NCBI GenBank assembly: GCA_950097015.1
Contig: CATNEN010000002.1
Location: 310,001-374,000 of the forward strand
Length of the DNA: 64,000 bases
Origin: Macrostomum hystrix
Taxonomy: Eukaryota; Animalia; Platyhelminthes
Reading direction: 5' to 3'
The notes beneath the pieces were generated by a model, which was not told the origin of the DNA, did not search any database, and worked only from the letters and a program-made list of their open reading frames with translations. The translations under genes and the position numbers were made by a program. This document shows positions 1 to 19,354 of the stretch, piece after piece; the first letter of the stretch is position 1; each line of letters opens with the position of its first letter.

Positions 1-7858
<7,858 letters not shown>

Positions 7859-8200
7859 TCAGCAGCTATGATACTTTTAACTGGAAACAAGGACGAATCT
7901 CCCGATTGCTTGTGTTTTTTCTCAGAACTTTTTGTAAATTTGCATTAAAAAAAACAATTTGTAGACTACTATTACTAGTAATAGTGTGAGTAGTAAGTGT
8001 CCATACACATTTTACACACATTTTAGCAGAATATGAAAGTAATGTTAACTATTAGCGTATTTCCAGCATTGAAAATTGCAGTCTGTTTAGCTTATTTGTT
8101 GTGTGTCCCACGCTGCTATTTGTGCGTGTGCTTTTGATTGTGTTTGCCAGTGTTCTGTATATACAGCATAATGTTCTTGCTTATACATGGCATCGTGTCT

Positions 8201-8206
8201 AATAAA
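8201..8206 (+). terminator. Probable polyadenylation signal of groucho
   Basis: AATAAA about 340 nt after the stop, followed by T/GT-rich sequence. Confidence 0.55.
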
Positions 8207-8809
8207 ATTATTAGCTATCTACTATTTTACAGTGCATTGTTGTAGATCTGTTGTTATAAATGAGTTAGTCACATTTTAACCTTTATTACTACAACAATTT
8301 TTTGTTTCTATGTGGTTTTTAACAATGGGTTTTCAAACCCGCCGCTATTATATTACTTTTCTGTGTTACTAGTAAAATATTTTTTTATCTAATTATTTCT
8401 AAAATTCAAATGCTTGCAATCAAACAGCTACTAAAAGTAGCACTATAAGGTGAGACATTTTTTACTTTTTCGTTTATTTAATTGTTATTGTCATAATTGT
8501 TCTCTATAGATCACTTTTCTCCTACTGCTTTATGTACATATGCCGCATAATCCTACTATCTCTTCTCTTGTGTCGAATTCTTTATCTATTCATTTTTTAT
8601 TCCCGGTTACTGTGTATTTTATGTTACTCCACAAAAAGCAATTTATGTTGTTTACGATTTTTGTTGCTGTTTGCTTTTGAGTGTGTTTTTTGCATTGACT
8701 TTTTCTAAAAAACGACTTTTTTCAGACGGAACAATGTTTAGAGAAGCTTTGAAGTGCTGAGCCCTGAATAATCATTTAGCAAACCTCGAGGATCATTTTG
8801 GAGCCTAAA

Positions 8810-9317
8810 GATTGATTTATTTGGTTTATTTTGGAACCCTGAGGTTTGTTTTTGGAGCCCTGAAGGTTTATTTTGGAACCCTGAGGTTTATTTTGGAGCC
8901 CTGAAGGTTTATTTTGGAACCCTGAGGTTTATTTTGGAGCCCTGAAGGTTTATTTTGGAACCCTGAAGGTTTATTTTGGAGCCATGAAGGTTTATTTTGG
9001 AGCCCTGAAGGTTTATTTTTGAGCCCTGAAGGTTTATTTTGGAACCCTGAGGTTTATTTTGGAGCCCTGAAGGTTAATTTTGGAACCCTGAGGTTTATTT
9101 TGGAGCCATGAAGGTTTATTTTGGAGCCCTGAAGGTTTATTTTGGAGCCATGAAGGTTTATTTTGGAACCCTGAGGTTTATTTTGGAGCCCTGAAGGTTT
9201 ATTTTGGAACCCTGAAGGTTAATTTTGGAACCCTGAGGTTTATTTTGGAGCCCTGAAGTTTTTTTTGGAACCCTGAGGTTTATTTAGAAACCCTGAGGTT
9301 TATTTAGAAACCCTGAA
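8810..9317. repeat. 20/21-bp minisatellite
   Basis: Units CCCTGAAGGTTTATTTTGGAG and CCCTGAGGTTTATTTTGGAA, largely alternating. Confidence 0.93.
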
Positions 9318-10099
9318 AGAACGTTTAGGAGACCTGTAAAAGCAGTGAAGAGGTCTCGAAAGCCCTGAAATAAAAAAGAATTTTTTATATTTACGTGCAT
9401 AATTATTCGGCTAATATAATATATATTATGTAACATATTCAAAAACGCACGTTGCAACCTAGTTTTTATCATACTATTTTAATTACACTTTCTTTTGCTC
9501 TGGTCGTAATGCATAGACAATTATCGTTCAAACTATTATTTATCTCGAAGTCCCAGATTCAAAACATTTTTTCGTTTTTGTTTATTTTACCATTTTTTAG
9601 TCAGTGTCAGTTGCATGGTTTATCCGTCACAATGCAATTCAGTTTATTTCTCTTTGTCGTCCTTTTTGTGGCTAACAAAGCTTACTTATTGTATAACTCT
9701 CAATGCCTGTTTGCACTGCAGTTTTTTGTGTCGATTTTAAAATCAGCCAGCACTGTGGTTGCATTGTGTTGTTGGTTTCTCAGCTTTTTGTCTATACAAA
9801 AATATGTGTCGTTCTTTTTTATTAGCAGCTCTGTTTTCTTGGCAATTTATTTTATTTTATCGATTTTAATTCAAGTTTCTTTTCCTTTGTCTGTCTGTAT
9901 TTATACGATTTTGAAATTAACAAATTAAATCTCCCGTGCACTCCTATAACTAATGTTTATGTGCTGGACAAGTAACCTTCGACTTAAAACTTTTTTTTTG
10001 TTTTCACTATTTAATATTTGTCCATTTGGCCTAGAACTATTTGTCCATTTGGCTTAAGTTATCTAGTCGATTGCCAGTTTATATTGTTAGGCTACGCTA

Positions 10100-10615
10100 A
10101 GGGTGTGGATAGCAAGTACATTCATAGTGTGGATAGTCCATGTACATTCAGAGTGTGCATGGTCTATGTACATTCAGGTTGTGCATAGTTTATGCATATT
10201 CAGGGTGTTGCGTGGATAGTCTATGTACATTCAGGGTATGGATAGTCCATGTACATTTAGAGTGTGGATAGTCTATGTACATTCAGAGTGTGCATGGTCT
10301 ATGTACATTCAGGTTGTGCATAGTTTATGCATATTCAGGGTGTTGCGTGGATAGTCTATGTACATTCAGGGTATGGATAGTCCATGTACATTTAGAGTGT
10401 GGATAGTCTATGTACTTCAGAGTGTGGATAGTCTATGTACATTCAGAGTGTGGATAGTCTATGTACATTCAGAGTGTGAATAGTCTATGTACATTCAGAG
10501 TGTGGATAGTCTATGTACATTCAGAGTGTGGATAGTCCATGTACATTCAGAGTGTGGATAGTCTATGTACATTCAGGGTATGGATAGTCTAAGTACATTC
10601 AGAGTGTGCATCGTC
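10100..10615. repeat. 26-bp minisatellite upstream of the USP gene
   Basis: Unit GTGTGGATAGTCTATGTACATTCAGA (ATTC at 10441 and 10467). Confidence 0.92.
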
Positions 10616-10810
10616 TATGCACATTCACATGGTGTTATATATAGTATTTTATTCGCAGTAATAAAGTCGATAGTCAATGTAGGCAAAAGCAAACACAAAA
10701 GACAAACCAAGAGTGTCTCAGATTTTTTTAAAGAAATTTCGACTCCTCAAACCCATTTGTCTGAATTTCAGTCTTGCTAAGCTAATAGCAGCTAAACACA
10801 TAACGAAAGC

Positions 10811-11919
10811 ATGGACAGCGGAGCGAGTAGTAGCGGCCAGCAACAAAATACCCAAAGCGCCCCAAGCACTGCTCAACAGTGCTCAGCCATCGATGACGAC
10901 ATCATTGTGAGAGATCCCGACAGCGATGAACAGCCTGATGATGCAGGACTGCTGCAGCAGCTGCCAGTGGTTGAGCTGAGTCGGACCGTCCTACTGGCTG
11001 TCGACCTGACCGAGCGTAGCGAGCGAATGATTCGGTGGTACGTGAATTTCGCGGCCTACTTCTCCGATCGCGTTGTTCTTGGCTACATTATTGAGCCGCC
11101 TTCAATGATTGTTGGCCATTTCACACCGTTGTCTACTAAGGAGCCAGACTATTATACTATTGAAGGTGGACAGGTGAGTTAATGACTAGATATTCACTTA
11201 ACCATGATCCTGTGTTCAATGACATCGAACTTCGAATTCGAAAGATATCCTGTAATACCTGACGTTTAGGGAGATGTAACAGACAATGACCTGAAGTTTG
11301 GGGTGGTAATAACATACAATGACCTGAAGTTTGGGGAGGTAATAACAGACAATGACCTGAAGTTTAGGGAGGTAATAACAGACAATGACCTGAAGTTTAG
11401 GGAGGTAATAACAGACAATCACCTGAAGTTTGGGGTGGTAATAACAGACAATGACCTGAAGTTTGGGTTGGTAATAACAGACAATGACCTGAAGTTTAGG
11501 GAGGTAATAACAGACAATTAAACTGAAATGCAGGTTTAGGATTCAGTTTTAACTGAAATGCATGTGACAGACAAAGCACTAAGTGCGCTTTAGATAATGA
11601 GCAGCTACCCGCATTACCTGTCGCAATTCGAACTCGAACCCAGGATCGGGCCAAACAGCTGGGCGAGAAGCTGAAGCGCTTCGCCGCCTCCATCGGACTG
11701 CGCGATGTGGAATTCCGCGGCGAATTCTACGGCTGCTCGGCTCCGGTTGGCTTGCTCCGCCTAGCGGAAGAGATCAAAGCCTCCGTCATTGTGATTAGCA
11801 GCCGCGGTTTGGGCAAGATGAAACGGGTTGTCCTGGGCAGCACAACCGATCACATTTTGAGGCACTCGCTTAGGCCCGTGCTGGTGGTACCGCCAGCCAG
11901 CCCCAGTCCGGTGGCCTAG
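10811..11919 (+). CDS. Universal stress protein (USP/UspA domain), 2 exons: 10811-11173 and about 11584/11605-11919 (acceptor ambiguous)
   Basis: N-terminal USP strand RTVLLAVDLTERSERMIRWY..DRVVLGYIIEP, then donor CAG|gtgagt at 11174. The second exon frame reads ..DRAKQLGEKLKRF..LLRLAEEIKASVIVISSRGLGKMKRVVLGSTTDHILRHSLRPVLVVPP, the canonical USP C-terminal signature. Confidence 0.9.
11270..11520. repeat. 33-bp minisatellite in the USP intron
   Basis: Unit GGAGGTAATAACAGACAATGACCTGAAGTTTAG, about 7.5 copies. Confidence 0.93.
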
Positions 11920-13874
11920 TTAAACTAAACTCTATTTTTTCACCCTTAAACTGACTTGTTGGTTTGGAAGCATTTGAAAGGTTTTGACGCTTGTTGCCGC
12001 TTTTGAAGCTCCTTTTGAAGACGTTTTATTGTATCGCCATTTCTATCTGTGAAGCTTAATGCTTATTATGCCTCAATTTAGGCAAACAAACGTAAAATAA
12101 CAGTTTTCAGAGTCTCTACTTACAGTAGAAATATATGAGTATGTGGCAGTAAATTTCGTATGTTGTCGTTAACGAAGAAAATATAAATTACTTCGATTGT
12201 ATTTATATAATTATGTATCTCACATATTTCATAGGGGCTCTATTATAGTCATCCTGATTCATTTTTAATACATAGTGACATTCCGTTTGTTTTTATGTCA
12301 GTGTACAAAAATAATTTAACTAATTAGTTTAAGATTTGAAATGCAATCGATATCTGATAAAGAATTTGCCAGTTTTATCCTAACTTTTGTACGTGTACTC
12401 GTACTTAAAGAACAATCTGTATGCTTTTCGCATATTATAACAAATTAAAACAAAGACTAGGATTTTGTAGATAGACGCGCTTTTTGGGGCACTACGTATC
12501 ATAATTATCGTTTCAATGTTTTCATTTTCAACACTAGCGTTGAATTCACACCAGTCTCCTGGCAGTTTCCAGTTGTCTTTCCAGGAAACTCGCTACCATT
12601 ACCTACTCCCTTTGTGAACCAGCTTATTATTTTGAAAATGACAACTTGTTGTATGTTGAAATAACAATAATATAATACCCAGTTTATCTGCTTACGAGTG
12701 GCGAAGCACTTGAAGAAAAGGTCGATATGATTTATTTTGCCTAGCACTGTGCATATCAACTGATTATTGAAGGGACATTTTCATTTGCTTTTGATTTCTA
12801 ACTTAATTTGCAAGTGTGGCGGCTGAATTGTACAAACCGGCTTTACGATAACTTGTACACTGCCTGAGGATTGGAAAGTCAATGCAGATCTACACACCTG
12901 TGCGAGCGCGTGTGCTCAGGAGTGCGGGTCTAGTGTCACCAAATTTGCCTAAAATTTCACTTCGTGACAATGGCCAGCCATTGCATAGAATTGACGATCC
13001 ATGGCAATGGGGTTGTTGGATATTGAATTGAAACCAATGACGCTCGTGAAGGGCAGGTGTCAAAGACTCAAATAAATGAGCATTTGGGACTGCTTAACGT
13101 AGATTACACTTAAATACTGTTCTTTGTCGTGTCTTACTCATATCACTTGTACTCGTACTTTCTGACCCATTTACAAGTAATCGTTTTGTTCTATTGATTC
13201 TGCACTGAGTAAAACATATTGAGTAAGCTTGAATCTGCCTACTTTGGTAGTTGAATAAAAACTGTCTCCGGTTAAAAAAAGAAATAACAAGAAAGAAGTA
13301 AGCTCTGACTATTTTAGCATTCTGTCTATACCTTCTTGGATAAATACAGGCCACGGCCGCAACAAATCGGAGGTGGCAACAAACAGGCCTAGCGAAGCTG
13401 CTCATCGCGAAAACTTTCTTAAACGAGATAATCTATTTCGAGAAAACAACTCGCGTTTGCAGTTTAATTCTCTACTTTCCAACGCCACTTTAAACTTTAA
13501 ACCAATGAAATACACATTATATTTTTTCGCTCGAATTTTTTAGCTGAATAAAGAATTTTCTTGAGTTCAAAAAAGCAACTTGACAAAGATAAAAGAAGGC
13601 TGTTTTGCTTTGCATGCGCATTTTTTCATCAATTACGAGAATGGGAGAGATAAATGAATGACAGATACAAGCATTTCTCTGACAAACAGAAACGCCCATG
13701 CGGTACACAACTAATTGGGCCCCAAGTACGTTTAAACACAGACAAAATACATAGGTTAATTTTCTTTTTTTCAATGCCTTAAATTACTTTGCAGATTCAG
13801 CGGGCCCCACTTCAATGTACAGTACTTTACATTGTTTAGGGTTCGAAGCTAGTCAATTGACTGGGTAAAATAAC

Positions 13875-14132
13875 GCTATATTTGGGGTTGACGGCTGAGG
13901 GGTTCAAAGCCAGCCAATAGGAGTTGACTATGTGAAACAAAGCTATATTTGGGGTTGACGGCTCAGGGGTTCAAAGCCAGCCAATAGAAGTTGACTATGT
14001 GAAACAAAGCTATATTTGGGGTTGACGGCTCAGGGGTTCAAAGCCAGCCAATAGGAGTTGACTATGTGAAACAAAGCTATATTTGGGGTTGACGGCTCAG
14101 GGGTTCAAAGCCAGCCAATAGGAGTTGACTGG
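13875..14132. repeat. 67-bp tandem repeat, about 4 copies, each with a CCAAT box
   Basis: GCTATATTTGGGG at 13875, 13942, 14009 and 14076; CAGCCAATAG in each copy. Confidence 0.93.
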
Positions 14133-14957
14133 GTGGTAAGTAGTGAGTGGAACGAAGTTTTTTTGTTTTAGGGTTCGAATTTTAAGGGCTAAGGCGACGT
14201 TTGCCTCGTTTGAAAACACTATACAAACTATTTGCAATTCATCCATGCTTGACCACTTTGCCAAGGTCACCCCTGGAGACCAGTCAGGACGTACTTAAAA
14301 AACATTTTAAAAGGACATAAAATACAATTTTCCAAACAAAGCCCAGTAAATAATAAAACAAAACTTTAAAGCCGGATTATCTAGTACATACACTACTATG
14401 TCAACAGCTAGCTATTCTATTGACATAATCAGCTAATAATTCCCATTATAGATCCGCGGCAGATTTATACTACAAACTTAGAACTCTATCAAAGTTGTCA
14501 AACACGCAAACAGAAAAAAACATTAAACAAAATTTAGAATGAGACTAATGTTATGCAGAGTTCACAGTTTTTCAAAATAGCAGATTAAAGCAGCCCGAAC
14601 AACAACAACATCAAAGTATAATATAAAACTTCCCAGCAATCCATTGTTAATGATGGGTAACTAATTGTAACTAAGTATAACTGTAGATAATTCCAAATTA
14701 GGTCGAACAAATCTGCATCTCACTAAAGCTCCCGAGGCCCTACTCATCTAGGGCGGAGCCGCGGAGAGAGAAAGCTTGGGGGGCTTGTTGTGCAATTTAG
14801 ACACTTGAGAACGGATGTAAAAATGGTGTGCATGTGTGCTCAGGAGCCTACAGGTGACGACAGCCCTCCTACTATAAACCAACCTCTACCTACATAACCA
14901 GCCCAGTTTCTAAGAGGGTTCAGGCCTTTACAGTCGATCAATCCAAGCCATACAGTG

Positions 14958-15250
14958 TTAAAAGCCGTGGACTTTGATTTTCTCCTTGTCAGCGATCTTG
15001 TTCCGAATTAGCCAATCGGCAATCCGCTCTCGCTGATCGCCCTGCATTTGGATGACTTCGCCGTATTCTTCGCGACTGACTACGGTGCCATTGCAGGCGA
15101 ACTCTTTTTTGCAGTATTTTAAAATCTTCCTCTTGTCATACTTCTCGTCTATGCCCTGCACTGTTGTGAGTGTCTTTTTGCCGTTCCGCTGTTGAATACG
15201 AATGTGTATGTCGCTTTCGTTGGAGGCGTTGCCTTCATCCGCGAATGGGT
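14958..15250 (-). CDS. eIF1: eIF1/SUI1 exon 2
   Basis: Acceptor ttcctag at 15251, phase 1. Translation DPFADEGNASNESDIHIRIQQRNGKKTLTTVQGI..KKEFACNGTV..YGEVIQMQGDQR..KVHGF* contains the SUI1 signature motifs. Confidence 0.97.
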
Positions 15251-17668
15251 CTAGGAATTAAAAAAGAGAGGGCAATGCCAGAGATATATTACTTAGAATA
15301 ACCTTCTAAAGTAGTATACAATGCAAAGCTTTGAATTATTATATCTAAAAATAACAAATGAGTTACTTAAAATGAAGTGTTCTAATAAAACAATGAGATC
15401 ATGTAGAGTAGATGTAGATTTCTCTGCTTCAGGGTGATTATATATAATGTGGAAACTTCATAAAACTAAAACATTTATCTATTTGCTTCCTGACTTGGTT
15501 TAAAATAAGAATTAAAAACATTCTATATGAAACTCAGAAAATATTTTTGTTGCTTTTTTTGTTGCTATTTGAGATTCAAATAATCCTTAGAGGAACATTT
15601 TAAGATGAACATCAACTTTTATGGACATATATCTTTAAAATTAGGTTCTTATTGAATTTAAATCGTAAAAAAATTCACTGCTTTATCCAGTTTGAAAATA
15701 TGTACATGAAGGCTTTAGGGATGCTGAATTAAAAAAGAAACATGTTTTGTTTCATCTACAAGTACAGGCTTTACCGCTTTCTATGGAATAGCTGCACCAA
15801 CACAGAATGACTAGACTAAGTGGGACATAGGAATTAGCAGTTTTAAGGGGGTATTTATTTGTGGGAGAATAATAAATAGAATCAAACAATAGGGACTCAT
15901 TAATAAAGACATGAGGACTTGTTTAAGATTAGTTGCTATTTATTTAGTAGGCCTAAGGCTTTGGTCAGTGCCTTAATATGTGAATCAGAAACAATGCAAA
16001 TGAAAAAATATAAAAGAAACCACTAAATTGTGTCTAATGAAGTTTTTTAGTTAATTTGGTTGGAAATAACATTTTTTCATAAAATAAAAAAACATTATTC
16101 ATAATTTCTGCATAAAATTTGCAAGCAAGATTGTAGCAACTACTTTAGGAATTGCTTTTTTCAGATAAAAACTACAATACTCTGTGGGTTGACAACCACT
16201 TGATTATTTGTTATAGATATTTCAAGTCAACAGTTTTTCAATTGATGATAAATTCTGCTATTTTAAAAATCAAAGCAGCACTGTTCTTAGTTTTAAACTA
16301 AAATAATTTACTTTTTACTTTTTCTACCAGTATTATCAATATGATCAAATTCTCAGTATTTAAATAAATAAGTTAGCAAATCACAGATCACAGCCATTGA
16401 TTGGGTTGCAATATTTTTAGTATAGTGTTGCTACAGAGTCAAAGAGCATCAATTTTTTGCTATATAGTGGTCAACAAGTGGTGGTACGGGAAGTGTGGCG
16501 TGTACAATACTACAAGAGTTAAGTTGTCATTTGCCAATTAAATTTAAGAAAAAAATGTGGTTTTTATAGGCACTCCTGCAGAAAGAAAATTGGTTTTTTA
16601 TTCTTACAAGCTGCAAATTGATGCAGATTAAGGTTAGCAATATAGGCACATATCTGTGTAGATTAAGTCTAGCCTATCTGCAAAATAAACAATGGTGTGG
16701 TAGCCTATTTCAGATAGCTGCCATGCAATGTAGATAAGATGGTCCTTATATGACAAAGGACCAAGCTGATAAGCCCTTTTCATATTGGTTGCTTGTTATA
16801 TTGTTTTTGGCCTTCCTTTGATATAAATTATACTTAGTGCCTACCTACACAATACACTGATTTCCAATGATGTCCTTGTAAAATTGTTTCTCTGCTAAAG
16901 GGAGACATTGATAAAATGCTGCAAATGGATATTGATTGACTACTGGAAGATATTCGTTTCTTACTGGGCTGAGTGAAATTGTTTCTCTGCTATATAGGGG
17001 CAATGGTTTCCTATCAAAGAAAGGGGGCAAATATTTCTTGCTAGGGGTTTGGTAGCCTAGTATTACAGAGGTTCTCTTCTGTTAAAGAGAAATTGGTTCT
17101 ACATTTCTGCTGTTTTGGTTCTGCTGAAGGGGACATTAGTTCTTGACTGCCCTTATTGAAAAAAGTTGACAATCTAGTGTGCTTTCCAGGTTTTTCTAAA
17201 GTGCAGACAGTATATTTTTTTTACTTGACTGCTACTTGAAAAGACTTGCACAGCCAGCAGAAAGAGGCATAGACTGGTCACAAAGACCATGGGGTGGCAC
17301 TAGGCTAAAGCACGTGTGTGTACCTTTCTCAATCCTTAATTCTAAAGCACACGTCCACAGGTTTTCAACAATTATTCCAATAGGGTCTATTCTAGGGGAC
17401 ATTGGTTGTCTGCTGTTGGGGAATAAGGGGGGCTTATGTGCTAGTACTGATACTATCAATAGACATGCTATTTTAGTATTTAGCCTGATAGAAAGTGGGT
17501 TAAATAGATGGAACATAGAATGTTTATATTTCATTTCAGCACCTTTGAAAACCTTGCAGACCAAGATTTAAAACTGATAAAATTGAAACTATTTAGAGTC
17601 TACAAAGACTAAGCTATAGTTTTGTTTTATGTAATTCTAGCAAAATCACAATTTTAATATATGGCAGA

Positions 17669-18330
17669 GCTTATTCCCATGGTCCTGTGCCGATAATTTC
17701 AATTTTATCCACACGGATCCGTGCCAATAATTTTCTGCTTATCCACATGGCAGCTTGTATGAATAGGTCTAAAACTCTTTATATAAATATGCCATGCCGT
17801 TAATTTCAATTTTATCCACACAGTTCTGTTCTTTGAAACGAGGCCCTTTCAGGTTTGAACGTTTTGTTGAACCCTCAAGCCAATAGATCAACAAAGTTGC
17901 CAGTGTGTTACAACAGTGTTCTACATTTCGACCTACACAATCATTAACCGACATTAATGTCATCCTTTTTAATTATTTTAATAACAACTCACAAAATATT
18001 TTGTCATTGTTACGTGTTTTCATTCGAATTGTATTGACTTAAAAAGTAAAAAGTCTATCAAAGAAAATCATACGAGTCAACCAGCAGAATTCTAGTCAGC
18101 ACCAAACTCCTCACACATATTATACATCATTGTTATTCTTTTACACTATGCATTGATAGTGTACACTATACATTATACTCTGAAGCAAAAGCCTAATGCT
18201 CAGAGAAGAATAGGTAGGGACTTGAAAGTAAACTATTCATACAAGCTGCTGTGTGGATAAGCAGAAAATTATCGGCATGGATCCATGTGGATAAAATTGA
18301 AATTATTAGCACGGGACTGTGGGAATAAGC
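17669..18330. mobile_element. MITE-like element with 98-bp imperfect terminal inverted repeats
   Basis: 17669-17766 (GCTTATTCCCATGG..GTATGAATAG) is the reverse complement, with a few mismatches, of 18233-18330. No coding capacity and no clear TSD. Confidence 0.8.
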
Positions 18331-18390
18331 ACTTCCTTATTATATAGGCCCTAGCAAGCCACTGCAAGGCAAAATAGGTTGTTCATTTCC

Positions 18391-18902
18391 CATAGTCCCG
18401 ATCATGTCGTTTACGCTGGAGATCTCCGGCGTAAATCTGGTTTGGCATCGGAGGCTGGCGTAAGTGCTTGGCGAAAGTACATGGCATAAATCAAGTGGCG
18501 TAAATGTTAGCACAAATGAGATCATTCACGATCAAATGTATCACTATAGAACATAACACATTTGCGTTAATTATGATGTTAAGGAGCAGCATTAAAACAA
18601 AGTTCATTAAAATATTGCAGTTCGTATAAATGAGATAGCAGAATATCTATTGTAGGATAGCAAAATTTTTTTAGCTTTAAGATGCTTACTTTGATACTTG
18701 ATTCAGAATTTGCAACTTGTGAGATTTTTAAACAGTTGCAACTTCTGAATTTAATTAATCACCAATTAACAAGAATTGTGAAGGACCTTTTTTGGGTGGC
18801 GTAAGTCAGAGGGACCTTTTTTTGGTTGGCGTAAGTCTGGCGTAAGTGCCAAAAAATGTTGGATTTTTCCTCCGGCATAAGTCCAGCATGATCCGGACTA
18901 TG
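18391..18902. mobile_element. MITE-like element with short TIRs and a 10-bp TSD (possibly Mutator/MULE class)
   Basis: Ends CATAGTCCCGATCATG..CATGATCCGGACTATG. Flanks GTTCATTTCC (18381-18390) and GCTCATTTCC (18903-18912) are 9/10 identical. Subterminal GGCGTAAGT/GGCGTAAAT repeats occur near both ends. Confidence 0.72.
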
Positions 18903-19326
18903 GCTCATTTCCTAAGGCAGTCTATGGGCCTATGTATGGATCTATAAAAGCAAGATGGTGGCAAGCTTGTATACTAGCTATGTGGGTTCTAGTTGACTAG
19001 GTGGCAACCTGTTAGTTAATCTTGTTGATTGAGAAGTTGAGAAAAGACTTAACTTACAATCAAAATTTTACCATGTGAAGATCTGTATAAAATAGTAAAG
19101 GACAATGCACCCTCATAGTTAAAGTGATTGTTTGATAAATGAAAATCCAGCCTAAGAATTTAAGTTTAGAAATTAATTAAACGAACATTTTTTGTTAAAG
19201 AAAATATTTACGAAACGAAAGCTGTGTTCTACATTTTTAAGTATAAATAGGTTATTAGTATATTACATGAGCCCTACTTACAGAAACAGATAATTCCATA
19301 TAACTGATTATATGCTAAAAACTTAC

Positions 19327-19354
19327 CGTAACGCTGTAGGTTTTGAATTGACAT
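19327..19354 (-). CDS. eIF1: eIF1/SUI1 exon 1 (MSIQNLQRY)
   Basis: ATG TCA ATT CAA AAC CTA CAG CGT TAC G|GTAAGT. The phase-1 donor matches exon 2 and the N-terminus resembles the conserved MS.IQNL..FDPFAD. Total 106 aa. Confidence 0.9.

Noticed and set aside
9452-9928. 158-aa hydrophobic ORF
   Set aside because: Very T-rich low-complexity DNA produces F/L/I/S-rich frames by chance. It has a TTG start and no family motif.
17705-18294. Five perfect DnaA-box 9-mers suggesting a bacterial oriC or contamination
   Set aside because: They sit inside the TIRs of a MITE-like element within a spliceosomal intron, and are better explained as subterminal repeats.
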